Assembly: GCA_032718475.1 (NCBI GenBank)
Contig: JAUCBJ010007955.1
Coordinates: 62,001-126,000 of the forward strand
From: Nemertoderma westbladi
Lineage: Eukaryota; Animalia; Xenacoelomorpha
DNA: 64,000 nucleotides
Direction: 5' to 3'
In this document: positions 1 to 11,835 of the stretch, one piece after another
Layout: the number at the start of each line of letters is the position of its first letter
Position numbering within the stretch: the stretch's first letter is position 1
The notes under the pieces: model-generated
What the model was told of the DNA's origin: nothing
Databases searched by the model: none
What the model saw: the letters and a program-made list of their open reading frames with translations, nothing else
Position numbers and translations under genes: made by a program

Positions 1-604
1 TCATGTTATTTGATTTATTTGTTTTCTGAAATAGAGCGCACTATAAATATTTTAATGCTAATCGGGATTAATTTCTGCCACTAGGGCCGTCATCACAATT
101 AGTTTTTAAAGTTACTTTGTAGATAATGTTACATGCTTATATAAAAATGCCTACCTACAGCTACAACCAGCAAGCAGTACACCCCAACACCAAAAAGTAT
201 ACTGTGGTATACTGATACAGTACTGCAGTACATTGCACATCTTGACTGCTAGAGACGATTCCCTAACTATTAAATGGCAGTTATTTTTCGGTACCCATTT
301 TTTTTTCCCCAATTTTTTAAAATCATTTTACCCATATTTTTTCAAATTATTTTTTTACCAATTTTATTGTTCTTTTTTTACCCATAAATATTGTGACATC
401 CAGATTGTCAGAATGTCAACTGGCAGACTGGTGGAGAAAACCCGAGTTTAACATAACCGAGATAAAAAAAAAACTAATAGTTGACATCTTCAGTACATTT
501 TACTGCAAATTAATATATAAATTAAATCAACAGACATTATAATTATAATGCCTTGAATCGTTTCCCAGATTGAATGGGTTGGATTTTAATTTGGCAGTCA
601 CGTT

Positions 605-935
605 AATGGAAAGGAACACCGGGTTACAGAGGCGAGTTTTTCCTAACCAAAACAATAAACAATCACCTTATAGTAATTGATGGAAAGGAGCAGGTTTATA
701 GTAGTAATTGAGGGAAAGGAGCAGGTTATATCGATAGGCCTAGGCCTATCTAAGCAAAACAATTAACGATCACGTCACCAATTGAGGGAAAGGAGCAGGT
801 TACAGAGGTAGTTTTTCTAACCAAAACAATAAGCGATAAATTTAAAAATTGAGGGATAGGAGCAGGTTACAGAGGCGAGTTTTCTAACCAAAACAATAAA
901 CGACCAGTTTACCAATTGACGGAAAGGAGCACGTT
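605..935 (+). repeat. Degenerate array of the ~68-bp satellite unit
   Basis: Repeated GGAAAGGAGCAGGTTACAGAGGC...CTAACCAAAACAATAAAC; reverse complement of the array at 39393-40050. Confidence 0.85.
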
Positions 936-1336
936 AAATGCACATGTAAAACATCTAACATCAAGTATTTATATTTTATTGGCCTGAAATACTGTTTGAG
1001 GCTAGATCCAAAGTGTTGTGCCGGTACTACCAATAAGTATTAAGTACAGTATTTATAGGCAACTGGGCAGAGTGAAAAACGGTAATATTTTAGGTTTAAA
1101 TTACTGTTTTATTACTATATTTCCCAATATATATTACTTATTTACTAACTTCTAATAAACCGGGACGAATTATAATACGATAAACTCTCCCTACCTCATA
1201 ATATTTATTAATATCTTCAAAACCCAACGTGATTAAGTAATCGCTCGTCTTCTTTATCCACAGTATCATTCCGCATTCATTGTAAGCACCGCCACGTAAT
1301 TAAGGATACTCATCAATGCATCGAATTATTCACTAG

Positions 1337-1835
1337 AGACGGGCCTAGCGGCCCATGAAGCAAGTCGTAGGAGACAGTACGAGTCAAGTAAAAGCTTTTT
1401 GTTCGGTCAGATAAATTAGCGTGAGCGCAGTCCCGTTGTACTAACAATTTTTATGTAAAATCTTTAAAAATCTTAAGTATATTCGGTGCAGACTGTCAAT
1501 AAGTCAACTAAATGTGATCAAAACGAGCAAAAGCACAGAATTCTAGTTTTGAGCTATATATTTCATCCATTATATTTTCACATCCGTTTTAAGGCTTTAA
1601 AGAAATTGCTTCAATCGTATCTATCAAGTTTATTCAATTTCATTAGATATAATCATAATTCAAAAATCTAAAATCTTTATGTACAAAATATTATTTTATT
1701 ACCTTTTTAGTGAAAAAAGTTAGATTAACTCGAGACGGGCCAAGCGGCCCGTGAAGCAAGTCGTAGGAGACAGTACGAGTCAAGTCAAAGCTTTTTGTTC
1801 TGTCTGATAATAAATTAGTGTGAGGGTAGTCCCGG
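1337..1835 (+). repeat. ~100-bp direct repeat pair (1337-1440, 1732-1835)
   Basis: GAGACGGGCC.AGCGGCCC.TGAAGCAAGTCGTAGGAGACAGTACGAGTCAAGT.AAAGCTTTTTGTTC occurs twice, ~395 bp apart. Confidence 0.85.
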
Positions 1836-2074
1836 TGGTGTACGAGAAATTTTCTAGACAACTTCAAACTATAATTATTATGTTGTAATCATCTAATGAG
1901 TTATAAAAGCTATTGTGATTATAGAATATAGAGAGCAGTTAGCGAAATGATTATTTTATTCTATCGGATAGAGTAGTCCCCTACTCCCCGCCGATAGAAT
2001 AGATAGAGAGGAGTCGAGGTGTCAATTGATTAATAATAATAACAGCAGTTGCCATGAATCTGACGCACATGGAC

Positions 2075-2422
2075 ATGACCATTGGCTGTGCAACTCATCT
2101 GCTGGGCCATGCCCTGTACATCTGCTGCCAGGTGCAGGTCGCAGTGAAGAGCACTCAGAGTGGACATGAGAACACTCTACTCTTGACCAGCTATTGGTAG
2201 ATCACCATCTGCCTGGCCAGGCCATTTACCCATGCAGCCATGTATATGGGTCCTTAATCCAGGACCAAGGGCGTCCCTATCCCAGAACGAAGGGGGTCCT
2301 AGTTACAGGACCAGATTTGCCCTAGTAAGAGGGTATATGCAGCTACAGATGGCACCTTCTTTATGCTGCATGGAGGTGGCAAGTTTTCTTGATCAATGAC
2401 CTAAAATACCAGACCTGACCTG
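2075..2422 (-). mobile_element. RTE LINE (family A) isolated 5' end/UTR fragment
   Basis: Reverse complement of 29900-30252, the 5' portion of the TSD-bounded RTE copy. Confidence 0.75.
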
Positions 2423-2787
2423 ATCAGCTTAATGACACACTCAGGGATCTTGCCGACCAATTAGCATCATTGCGACAGGAAAACCAGACGAGCTCTACGA
2501 AGCTCATGAAACTTGTAGATGACATCGAAGACCTGAAGGAAAGGGACCGACGTCAAGACTGCGCTATTACTGTATTATTCCTTTTATGTGGTGAAGGAAT
2601 TCCTGTGATAAGTGTACAAAGATAAGTGAGCAAAGTAAGACAAATTATGGTACTTATCTCTTGACTTTACTTAATGCAATAATAATGCATATTATACCCA
2701 GTGGTAATTTGCAGTAAATATTATGTTCACTTATAATCCAGTATTCATAGTAGTTGAAGTAAATATTATCATGTCAGAATGTCTCTT

Positions 2788-3085
2788 TTCTAGAATAACA
2801 TAGTGTATGGATGATAGAAATAAAATAAAATTGAAGGTCTTTAGCTGGTTTATTATATTAATTAAATATAACAATAGTAAACGTTTTCAACCTACCGGTC
2901 TGCATCAGATTATGTACTAGCAACTAACAGGAACAGGAAGGGTCTATAAATATAAGTTTTAAACCCAGATCATGGAGATCATTCCCAGCTAAAGACCCTC
3001 AATATTTTATTTATTTCTATCATCCATATACTATGTTCCCGCTGGTGAATGCCTACCACTTCATCCGTTCTTCTAGAATAACATG
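2788..3085 (-). mobile_element. Small Penelope-like pLTR remnant
   Basis: Inverted repeat 2795-2850/2985-3040, duplicated TTCTAGAATAACAT flanks, decayed hammerhead-like CTGATGC-AGACC-GGTA-GGTT-GAAAACG on the minus strand. Confidence 0.5.
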
Positions 3086-3479
3086 GACGGTATGTTGCAG
3101 AAATGAATTAACCCACATTTTGGTCAATTTTGAGTTAGTGTCGTCATAGTCTGCCTGGGATGATTGAAAATCATTTTAAAAAACCCGGATTCGAAATCAC
3201 GACCGAAAAGCAGAAAAAATTACCAAATTCCAACCCACATGTTTCAGATCCACCTTCTTGATTTTGCAGAAATGTATTTACCCACAGTTCCATTCTGCAG
3301 AAATCTATTTCACCCAAATTTTCAAACGGAAGATATATATTAACCCACATTTTCATTCTACATAAATATATATTTATCCAATCAATCACTTTGCAGAAAT
3401 GTTTTAACCAACATTTATTTAGAGCAAATTAAGTCCATTTAATTACTAATTATCAACTATGTAAATACAAAACAATATT

Positions 3480-6050
3480 TCGCATCCCCAGTGTCGGACA
3501 AGTCTGCATTTCTGTGTGGAAGTGGTTGAAAGTAAACATATCTCAGCGGCAAGCCAGTTCACCAAGTCTTCAGCAGGGAGATCATCCGCATCTTCAAGGC
3601 CAGTGTCATTTGGATCTCGAAAAAATCAAGGGCTGCCTAGTGCCCAGTTAACACCATGGTTATTATCTCCATGAGGCTGCCAAAGCACATGATTGTGCAC
3701 TGGCTGGTCCTCAAGGCAGAAGCAATCATCTGCAAATCAGAGGCGGCTCCATTCAAGTGTCTAACCTTGGAGGGACTAATGCGACACTTCAAATGTTGTA
3801 TATTGTCTGGTTGGAGATGTGTGGAGATGGAAGGATGGAAGATTGGAAGGATTCTTAACCTCGAATGATAAGTTTATTTTACCGAAAATAACTTATCATT
3901 TACTGGCGCAATTGTAGGACTAATCCCATCACATGCGTACTTTTTAACCGGGTAGTGTACAAATTTAGGAATTGCGTAATTTTATTGAAATTAATATCTC
4001 ATATCTCTCCAAACCACATATGCTTTTCGACCTTACTGTGTCTCATCAGAGTGGTGTCAGATACAGCTTGCCAACACATTGTTACTATGCATTGCACTTG
4101 ACACAATTAAAACTATCTCTGTGTGCGGAGCATTGTTGTATATATGTCATCGAGAGATTTGGTGTCCTCAGTACTTTAACCGTAAGAGGCAGCTTGAGCT
4201 CCAATTTAAGAGTAATGGTTCTACTACTGCTCTAAATTACCAACTTCATTAACTTCAATTACCAACTTGAAAATTCTAATGCATTCTATGTAACTTCAAA
4301 ATCCTGGGCAACCCATTTAATGCTGCCCATGTGCTTCCCTTTTGTTTCTGAGGGTCATCAACTGACTTCAGAATCACTGATCCCCAAGTAGCGGAAGTCA
4401 TTCACATACTCAAGAACACCAACCTTTGAGCTTATATGATCAGATATTTCTTGAGGACTGTCGAAGTTAACTGTCAGAATTTTGATCTTTTTGGAGTTAA
4501 CAAAAATACCAACACTAGAAAGAAGCAAGCTGTTATAATGAGCTGAGGAGCCGTTGGGCTCCCTCTAGTGATTCTGGAGTTGTCTAAACCATCAGCGAAG
4601 TCTAGATCAATTATGTACTTGGCAGGATTTCCATGACATTTCTGGATCCGGTAGGTGGGGTTACCATCACCCTATCATCATTATGATGATCTAAGGACAT
4701 GCGTAGAACATTGTCAACCACAATTATGAATAAGAATGGTGCAAGTGTGTCTCCCTGGAGGACGCCCCATAACATTTCAAATGGTTCTGTGACACCGTCA
4801 ACAGTAGACACAAATGTCGTTGAAACATTGGATACTGATATGATTGCTGCAATAATTTCATCAGGAATCCCATATAATGAAAGTATGCAGCACAAATTAT
4901 GTGAGCGAGAGACGGAATCAAAGGCCTTGAAGAAGTCAACAAAGGTAACAGCCATGACATGCCTGTCTTTATTTTTTGATAACTTTTCAATTATCCTTCA
5001 AAGTGTCAAAATAGGCTCTGTGGTTCCACGACCTTTACAGAACCCATTCTGATTTCCATGTGGCAGTCTCTCAATTGGATCCCTTTAATAGAATTCTATT
5101 GTATAGTATAGCTTTGCTGCAATCGAGATCAATGAGATTCCCTGAAAAGAACCATAGAATGTTAGGCTGCCTTTCAAGTGGGAACTATAGCAAAGGTTTT
5201 TGGGAACCAACCAAAGCTTCTTAAGAACTGCCACCAACTTATTGTTTTCATTCCTTGTGAGAGTCTTGTCGTTCTGTACATGTCTACTATGATTAGATAA
5301 ATGAGCTCCAAACACTCAGTTATTTAAGTCCTCAGGGGGGATACCATTTACTCCACGGGAACGTTTTTTCTTAATGCTCTTTGCAGCAGCCTTCAATTCA
5401 GCAAAGGAGATATCGCCAATTGTAATATCTGGATTTCAGACTCAGACACTTTTACTTCTATAAAGTTATCAGAGAATACCCTGTCATTATTGAGGAGCTT
5501 TTCAAAGTGGGCCTTCCAACTGTTGTGGTGATTGGCTGGTGATTCTGCCTTAACCTTGGTGGTTGGTTGGCTTTTCCACCCAGTCAGCAAGATGATTGAT
5601 TACCATGCCTGTGATGATTGCCTGCTGCCATCTGCATCATTGATGGCATCAATGATGATCAATCATGGTTGGATTATAAGCTCTTGCAGTAACAGAGTAC
5701 TGCCTGTTCAGAAACCTAGGTGCAGCCTTAACTGCATTCTTGGCTGCTGTAGTCTGTTTGAGTCGGGACTCTTTCTGCGCCTTATAGAGGTCATTTTGGC
5801 ACTTCCGAATTTTGAATTCAGCCCAGGAGACCTTTTTCTTGTTTCGAGGGTATACATGAACTGTTTCTGCAACTGTTAACTTAACTGCTTCTATGGTGGC
5901 TGTATAACCCTCGCAGTGATGTGCCGCCTCAGAGGCAAGAGCCTTATACCTGTTCCTCAGCTGTAGTTTGAAGCTGGTTCTCACACTGGGCCATTGCAAT
6001 AGAGAGGACCAGCCTTGCCGCTGTGAAAGGTAGATTTCGTTGTTCTGCTA
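3480..6050 (-). mobile_element. Degenerate RTE-clade LINE (family A), interrupted near 3855-4270
   Basis: RT motifs FQGISLISIAAKLY, FVDFFKAFDSV, GVLQGDTLAPFLF; many frameshifts. Confidence 0.9.
3855..4005. repeat. Dispersed repeat, second copy at 10246-10396
   Basis: TTAACCTCGAATGATAAGTTTATTTT...GAAATTAATATCTCATAT near identical at both sites. Confidence 0.8.
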
Positions 6051-6099
6051 ACTCGCAGACTAAGTCTTAATTTGGCCTGTAGCAGAAGGACTGCTCGAA

Positions 6100-8090
6100 A
6101 GGGAGAGGAGATGTTACATTGCGTTACACCCCAACAACAAACAGAGTAACATGATCGCACAAGACTAAAACCATAACGATAGGCAGGACCAGAACGTTTT
6201 GCAATGTTGCACCTAGAGCTGCAGATGTCAGTGCATTGTATATTGCAGACCAACTGCCAGATAATGATGGATTTCATATAATGGGGGAGGTTATGGATAG
6301 CATTCCGAGGGTTATGTTCAAATACAAACTGTTGGCAATCCCATATAAACATTATTTATGTTACACCTAAAAACCAGAATAACAACGTGGAGGAATTCAT
6401 TGCCGCACTGCATGGAGCTGTGGACGATTCGATGAGAGAAAAAGGGTGCTGGGGACTTTTAATAACAAACCTATCAGAGTCAACTGAAGGACATGGTCAT
6501 ATTAAGGAAGGATAAAAGAATCGCCATATTTAAAGGCGATAAGATATGGAACGTACTAGTTGTGGATGTGTGGGTAAAAAAATGCGAATTGCGTAATGTA
6601 CAGGCACACAAATCAATCCACAAGAAGCTAATGTATACCCCAACCAATAAGTTAAGAAAGAGCTGAGTTAATTAGGATGATTAAACACTTGGGATTCCTA
6701 GGATACCTAGGATTCGATGCATAAATTGTTTAATACCATGACACCCAGTAGATGGATTTATGTACTTGCTGTTTAAAGACCACAAAGATGTCGATAAATG
6801 TAATCAATAAAGTGACGGGAACTATAACTGAGAAGGTCATGAAGCTGCTGAACAGTATATATACAACCGTTATTAGAACGGATAGAACATTTTGTGACGG
6901 ACTCTGCCTCTGCAGTGAAGGAATTACTGACTGGTCAGTGGGTGGACATTACTTTCATCTCACTGGATGTGAAGGACATGTATCCATTAATATCACACGA
7001 ACTAGCAATTCCAGCGATCGGGACAGTAGTGGCAGAGACAACTTTTAATGTGTCACAGGTCAGCAAGTCATTGTATGTGCTATTAAAGTACGTTTTGAAC
7101 ATGTATTTTAAACATGAGGTGTTCTTCTACATTTTAGTAAAGGGTCTAGGGATGGGCGGTCCAGCCGGGAAATCCATCATGGTACTAATGATAGAACGAA
7201 TCTCTACCTATAGCGACCTCTTCATAACTATAGCGCTGTTTACTTCCGTACCATTGCAGACGACGACAACGGAATATTTGTGAGAGCTTTAACAGATGTG
7301 AGATTGAGCGACTAAGCGTATAAATGATGTATACAAATACATTACGGTTGTGAGCAAATATTTGGAACTCGTGGTATTAAATTTACGTTTGAATTTTCTA
7401 ATTCATGGTCGGAGTTTCTGGATTTCAATATTTAAACCCAAGGGTGTAAGGATGGGAGTGGTGGTGTATTTTAAACTCCTTTCTCAGAAGCTCCCAACCC
7501 CCTACAATATCGTTTATAACGGGATTATGTTAAAAGCGATTGTGTTGGGGCAGTTACACCATTTCACGTATTTAACCAGTTGGGGGTGAGGGGGGGGGGG
7601 TGGAGTTCCTGAGAGCCAGAGACCGATACCGATATTTGACATATTGTTGGGTGTCTGGATACCCGAGGGAGGTTCTCGAAGACCTGAGAGATCATGTTTT
7701 CGATACTGGGATAGAAACTAGGGGGTCTATGGGTGACTGTAAGGAGAAAGTATATGAAACATTTTTCCCGTTAGCCCGGCAGTTCAGTGAGGTAGTGAAA
7801 CCTGTAATTAGGAGTTACGGCCGTAGGTTAGAGAGAGAAGGAATGCGGGTTACTATGGCGACTCGCCGGGGAGGAATCTGGGAAAGTTTCTGGTGCAGAA
7901 ATGGGAATTGGAGGGAGTGAAATGAAACATACCGTGCGGGAAATATAATTGTTTAACATGTATCTTGATGTATAATATGAGAGACACTCCTTGGGGTGAA
8001 AGGATAGTCGCATTGTTCAACTGTTTATCTTCGAAATGTATAATATGTTTTAACATGCGTGGAATGTTTATCTATTTTGTAAAACCTATA
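6100..8090 (+). mobile_element. Degenerate Penelope-like element (Neptune-type linker), RT plus start of GIY-YIG
   Basis: FISLDVKDMYPLI, KGLGMGGP, SGYP, PCGKYNCLTC linker, FNCLSS / NV*YVLTCVEC. Confidence 0.75.
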
Positions 8091-8118
8091 AAATTAAATT
8101 AAGTAAAACCATTGAATT

Positions 8119-8200
8119 GGAGATCTTTTAGGCTCGTCAAGCCAAGGAATACCTGTTCACCACCATGCGCATGGGTGATCTTCCACAGTAAACCATTCCA
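8119..8200 (-). mobile_element. 3' fragment of the tRNA-derived SINE
   Basis: Reverse complement of the SINE tail at 30930-31006. Confidence 0.8.
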
Positions 8201-8287
8201 ATAAAACTGAATTAAATGAATAAAATGAATTATAACTACTGTTTCAACTGTTTAATAACATTACATATTTTGTTTATTTTCTTTCAG

Positions 8288-8566
8288 GTCCGCAGTATTT
8301 GCCATAATTGCGTCTCAGATAAAATTTACGAAGTCTGTTTCTGGCTGCTGTGGGTTAACAGTTCATTAAATCCTGTTCTTTACCAATTCTGTCATCCACA
8401 ATTCAGAAAATCGTTCGTAAAGTTACTTTGTCCTCGGCGTCAGAATATTAGTTGTCCTCCAAGTCAGATGTTGCGGAATGAAACAACCACAGTGACTCGA
8501 CATGCTATTAACTTAAACATTCGCAACCGAAACAATGCTAATGACATAACATCGATGGATTGTTAA
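8288..8566 (+). CDS. Terminal coding exon of a class A GPCR (histamine H3/H4- or muscarinic-like; ECL3, TM7, helix 8, C-tail)
   Basis: Acceptor TTTTCTTTCAG, phase 0; ICHNCV, FWLLWVNSSLNPVLY (NPxxY), FRKSFVKLLC; upstream exons not found in the window. Confidence 0.9.
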   Translation, partial: VRSICHNCVSDKIYEVCFWLLWVNSSLNPVLYQFCHPQFRKSFVKLLCPRRQNISCPPSQMLRNETTTVTRHAINLNIRNRNNANDITSMDC

Positions 8567-9037
8567 CTTACAAAATTTATTATTGTTCTATTTATTTACT
8601 GCAATACATATTCCTAGTGTACTGTTCAGTGTTCATTTCCTTGTGTAGTAGGAAATTACCTCCCCTTGATGTTTGATATTTTAGTAGCATGCAATAAATT
8701 ATAGGTAGTCTATTAGATAATGCTATCAGTATTACTATACCATTGTTATATGTTATGCTTCACTATTAGTATATATTTGTTTGCTTGTGTTAATTGGTAA
8801 TTTATTTTCTTCCGTAATGAATTAATATCTAATACCGGTTTGTTTTGTTGCATAGAACCAAAAACAAAGCTACCCCAAATCACTTGTTCAGTTTTACACC
8901 TTCTGTAATCGGCGGGAGGAATTTGGATTTGGTATCACGTAGAATACGTCGGAAACTTGAGTTCGAATTTTTAGAGCAGCAGAAAATTCCATTACTGAGG
9001 TTATTGAAGTCCCAGTGGGGTAACGTAATCGTAGTAA

Positions 9038-10183
9038 AATTATAATAATTAGCGCGAATGAAAATAATGCCATAATTAATTAAGCGGAACGTTTCGATTT
9101 ATTACATTAAACCATCATCAGCCAATACTACAGTAAGATACATAAAGTTTAAATTACATTCTAAATTATTAATATTACTGCAAAATATGTAAAAACATTA
9201 CAATACGAGAAGATATAGGAGCCTAACTACTTGCATACGTAATACTGAATTAAGTAAAATAGTGCACGGTAAAATCATGAAATCAGACAACTAAATTGAT
9301 AATGAGTACAACACCAATATTAATTAATACATACTGTATAATACTGTAGATACGGTCTATGTAGTGTGTGTAGTTTTTAGAACAATAGTAAAGGGAATGA
9401 GGTTCCCTGAATATTTAGAGTAGGTCTGTGGCGGGAGATAACTAGGCTTTCTTTAATTAATAGGTCGTAATTAGTATCAGCTCTACCTATTATTGAGAAG
9501 TCATTGTAATTAAAGGTGTGATCCTCGTCTAGGGCGTGTTCTCGTACAGTGGAGTGTTTGGGAGAGGCTGAAGCTTCTCCTGTTCGAGGGGAAACTCCCA
9601 AGTGTTCGCTGATCCTTGCTTTGTAGTGACGCTCGGTTTTACCGATGTATGTAGCATTGCAGCTACTGCACGTAAATTTATATAAAGCAAGAGGTCTGAG
9701 ACACAGGGGAAGTCTATCCTTAAATGGAAAGTGAACTCCTAACCTACGTGTAGGGCGAAAAATAATCTTAAAATTACATTGGGGAAACGCTTTGCTAAGT
9801 AACTGTAGTCGTTTTTTAAGCAGGATTGAGTATGAATCAATGAACGGTAGTACAAGATAGACCGGACGTTTAGGAACAGTGGGGAAAGTCGGTTTAGAAC
9901 CTGTCATACATTTAACTGTTATCCTATCAGTAGCCATGGACAGTAAGTGCTTAGGGTAACCATTGAGGGACAATAGACCATGGAGGATATTAATTTCCTT
10001 ATGAAATTGGCACCAAGTAGAACAAATCATAAGGATTCGATAAACAAGTGTTGAAATTAGAGCAATTTTGAATTGATCTGGAATAAAGCTATCAAATGGT
10101 GTATACAGGTTTAATGTAATAAATCGAAACGTTCCGCTTAATTAATTATAGCATTATTTTCATTCGCGCTAATTATTATAATT
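9038..10183 (-). mobile_element. 5'-truncated Penelope-like element with GIY-YIG endonuclease and inverted pLTR
   Basis: ORF 9377-10030: NGYP, LYKFTCSSCNATYIGKTERH, RISEH, IKESL, PTLN; inverted repeat 9038-9113/10108-10183. Confidence 0.92.
9084..9125 (-). ncRNA. Minimal type I hammerhead ribozyme in Penelope pLTR
   Basis: Minus strand GG-CTGATGA-T-GGTTTA-ATGTAA-TAAATC-GAAAC-GTT-CC: conserved core, stem II, palindromic ACGT stem III; stem I weak. Confidence 0.65.
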
Positions 10184-10499
10184 CCATTATTTGTATGAGA
10201 ATCCTTGCTGCGCTCTAGCTGCTATGGACTACAAAACTCTGGAACTTAACCTCGAATGATAAGTTTATTTTACCGAAAATAATGTATCTTTTATTGGCGC
10301 AATTGTAGGACTAATCCCATCACATGCGTACTTATTAACAGAGTAGTGTACAAGTTTAGGAATCGCGTAATTTTTATTGAAATTAATATCTCATATAGTG
10401 AGCGAATCAACAAATCTCTCATATAGATCCCTTCCTATAAATTTATAATAACAAACACCTCGAAAAAATACAGCTAGCCAACACAATGTTACTATCAAT

Positions 10500-10795
10500 A
10501 ACATTGGTGGTGTCGCATTGGTTCACACAAGCTTCGACACTTGAACAAAGCCGCCTCCGCTTCGCAGGGCAATGCCATCGCCGTGAAGACCAGCCAGTAG
10601 ACAATCTTGTGCTTTGGCATCCCCGTGGAGAAAACAGCCCATGAATTTATTGAGACGCCTCTTAAAGGACACTGGCCTTGAAGATGCGGATAATCTTGCG
10701 AAAGTCATGGGGGATAGGGAGTTGTGGAGGCGCAATTATGTCGATAAGCCGGTATAACATTCTTAAAAATGCAGCTACATGGCAGCATGGCGATC
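10500..10795 (+). mobile_element. RTE family A 3' end fragment
   Basis: RLRFAGQC.RREDQPV..LVLW; homologous to 52545-52905. Confidence 0.85.
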
Positions 10796-11835
10796 GTGAA
10801 TGGCAGAATGGGAAACTTTTACCTATCCAGATCTGCTTGTCGAACTGTTGGATTCAATAACGCCAATAGCAGAAGTTAGTAACATGTCCTGCACATCTGT
10901 AAATAAACATTCCTTTATATTGATTAAAATGCTAATCAGAATCAATGTTTCCTGTCAGTAGTTTGATTTTCTTGCTTTTAACACAAAGATCAACATTGGA
11001 GTTGGCTTCTTCTAATCTGCGTAATGTAAGCAGCAACATTTGAGCCACTTCCAATATCCGATAGAATCCAATTTCGCCAGCAATTTTAATTTGTAACTAG
11101 TCTAGTTCTACACCAAACTTTTACTAGATTGAGATTATTTCTCAACCACGTCGTACTTATCTCTTCCAGGTTACAGTGGCGTGGTTTTTAACCAAAACAA
11201 TAAACACGATATCACGTTTTCTAACCAAAACAATAAACACGATATCACTTTTTCTAACCAAAACAATAAACGCGATATCATTAGCGATTTTCATGTAGGT
11301 AAAGTTGGTCTGTATTAGTGTATTCAGTAAATCTGTGGCGGTGAGGCCTTTGCATTAGATAATGTTCCTAGCTACCCAAATAGATTGAGAATTTAATCGA
11401 GAAAAAATTAACTCAAATAAAAAAAAATTCAAATCTTTTTTGTGAGGGTTTTAGTATTATTTTTTTGTAAAGAATCAAAATTTTTCGTAATTGAATCAGT
11501 ATTTTTGTAAAAAAATATAGATGACTTGGTTAAAATTATAGTGGTGATAAAGTCAATATTTTAGATTATTCAATTATCATTATTTATTTTTTTAGAATGG
11601 ATTATTTTTGTTGTTAGTTTAATTAATTTTGAGTGATTGAATTATTATTTTTGGAGGTACAATAATTTTTTAAGTATTTTATTATGATAATAAATTTATA
11701 TTTGGTAATTTGGGGTAAAAGTAAATAACTTTCGACTAAATTTATATAAGTAGCAAATTTTCCATCCCATTTATTTGTTGCATTTAACATTTATATTATC
11801 CTAATGAACTTTTTGTTACATTAGGGATGGCTTAA

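Noticed and set aside
7970-8015. Hammerhead-like TGAGAGA...GAAA hairpin
   Set aside because: Core is imperfect and the segment is coding sequence between the Cys linker and the GIY-YIG start
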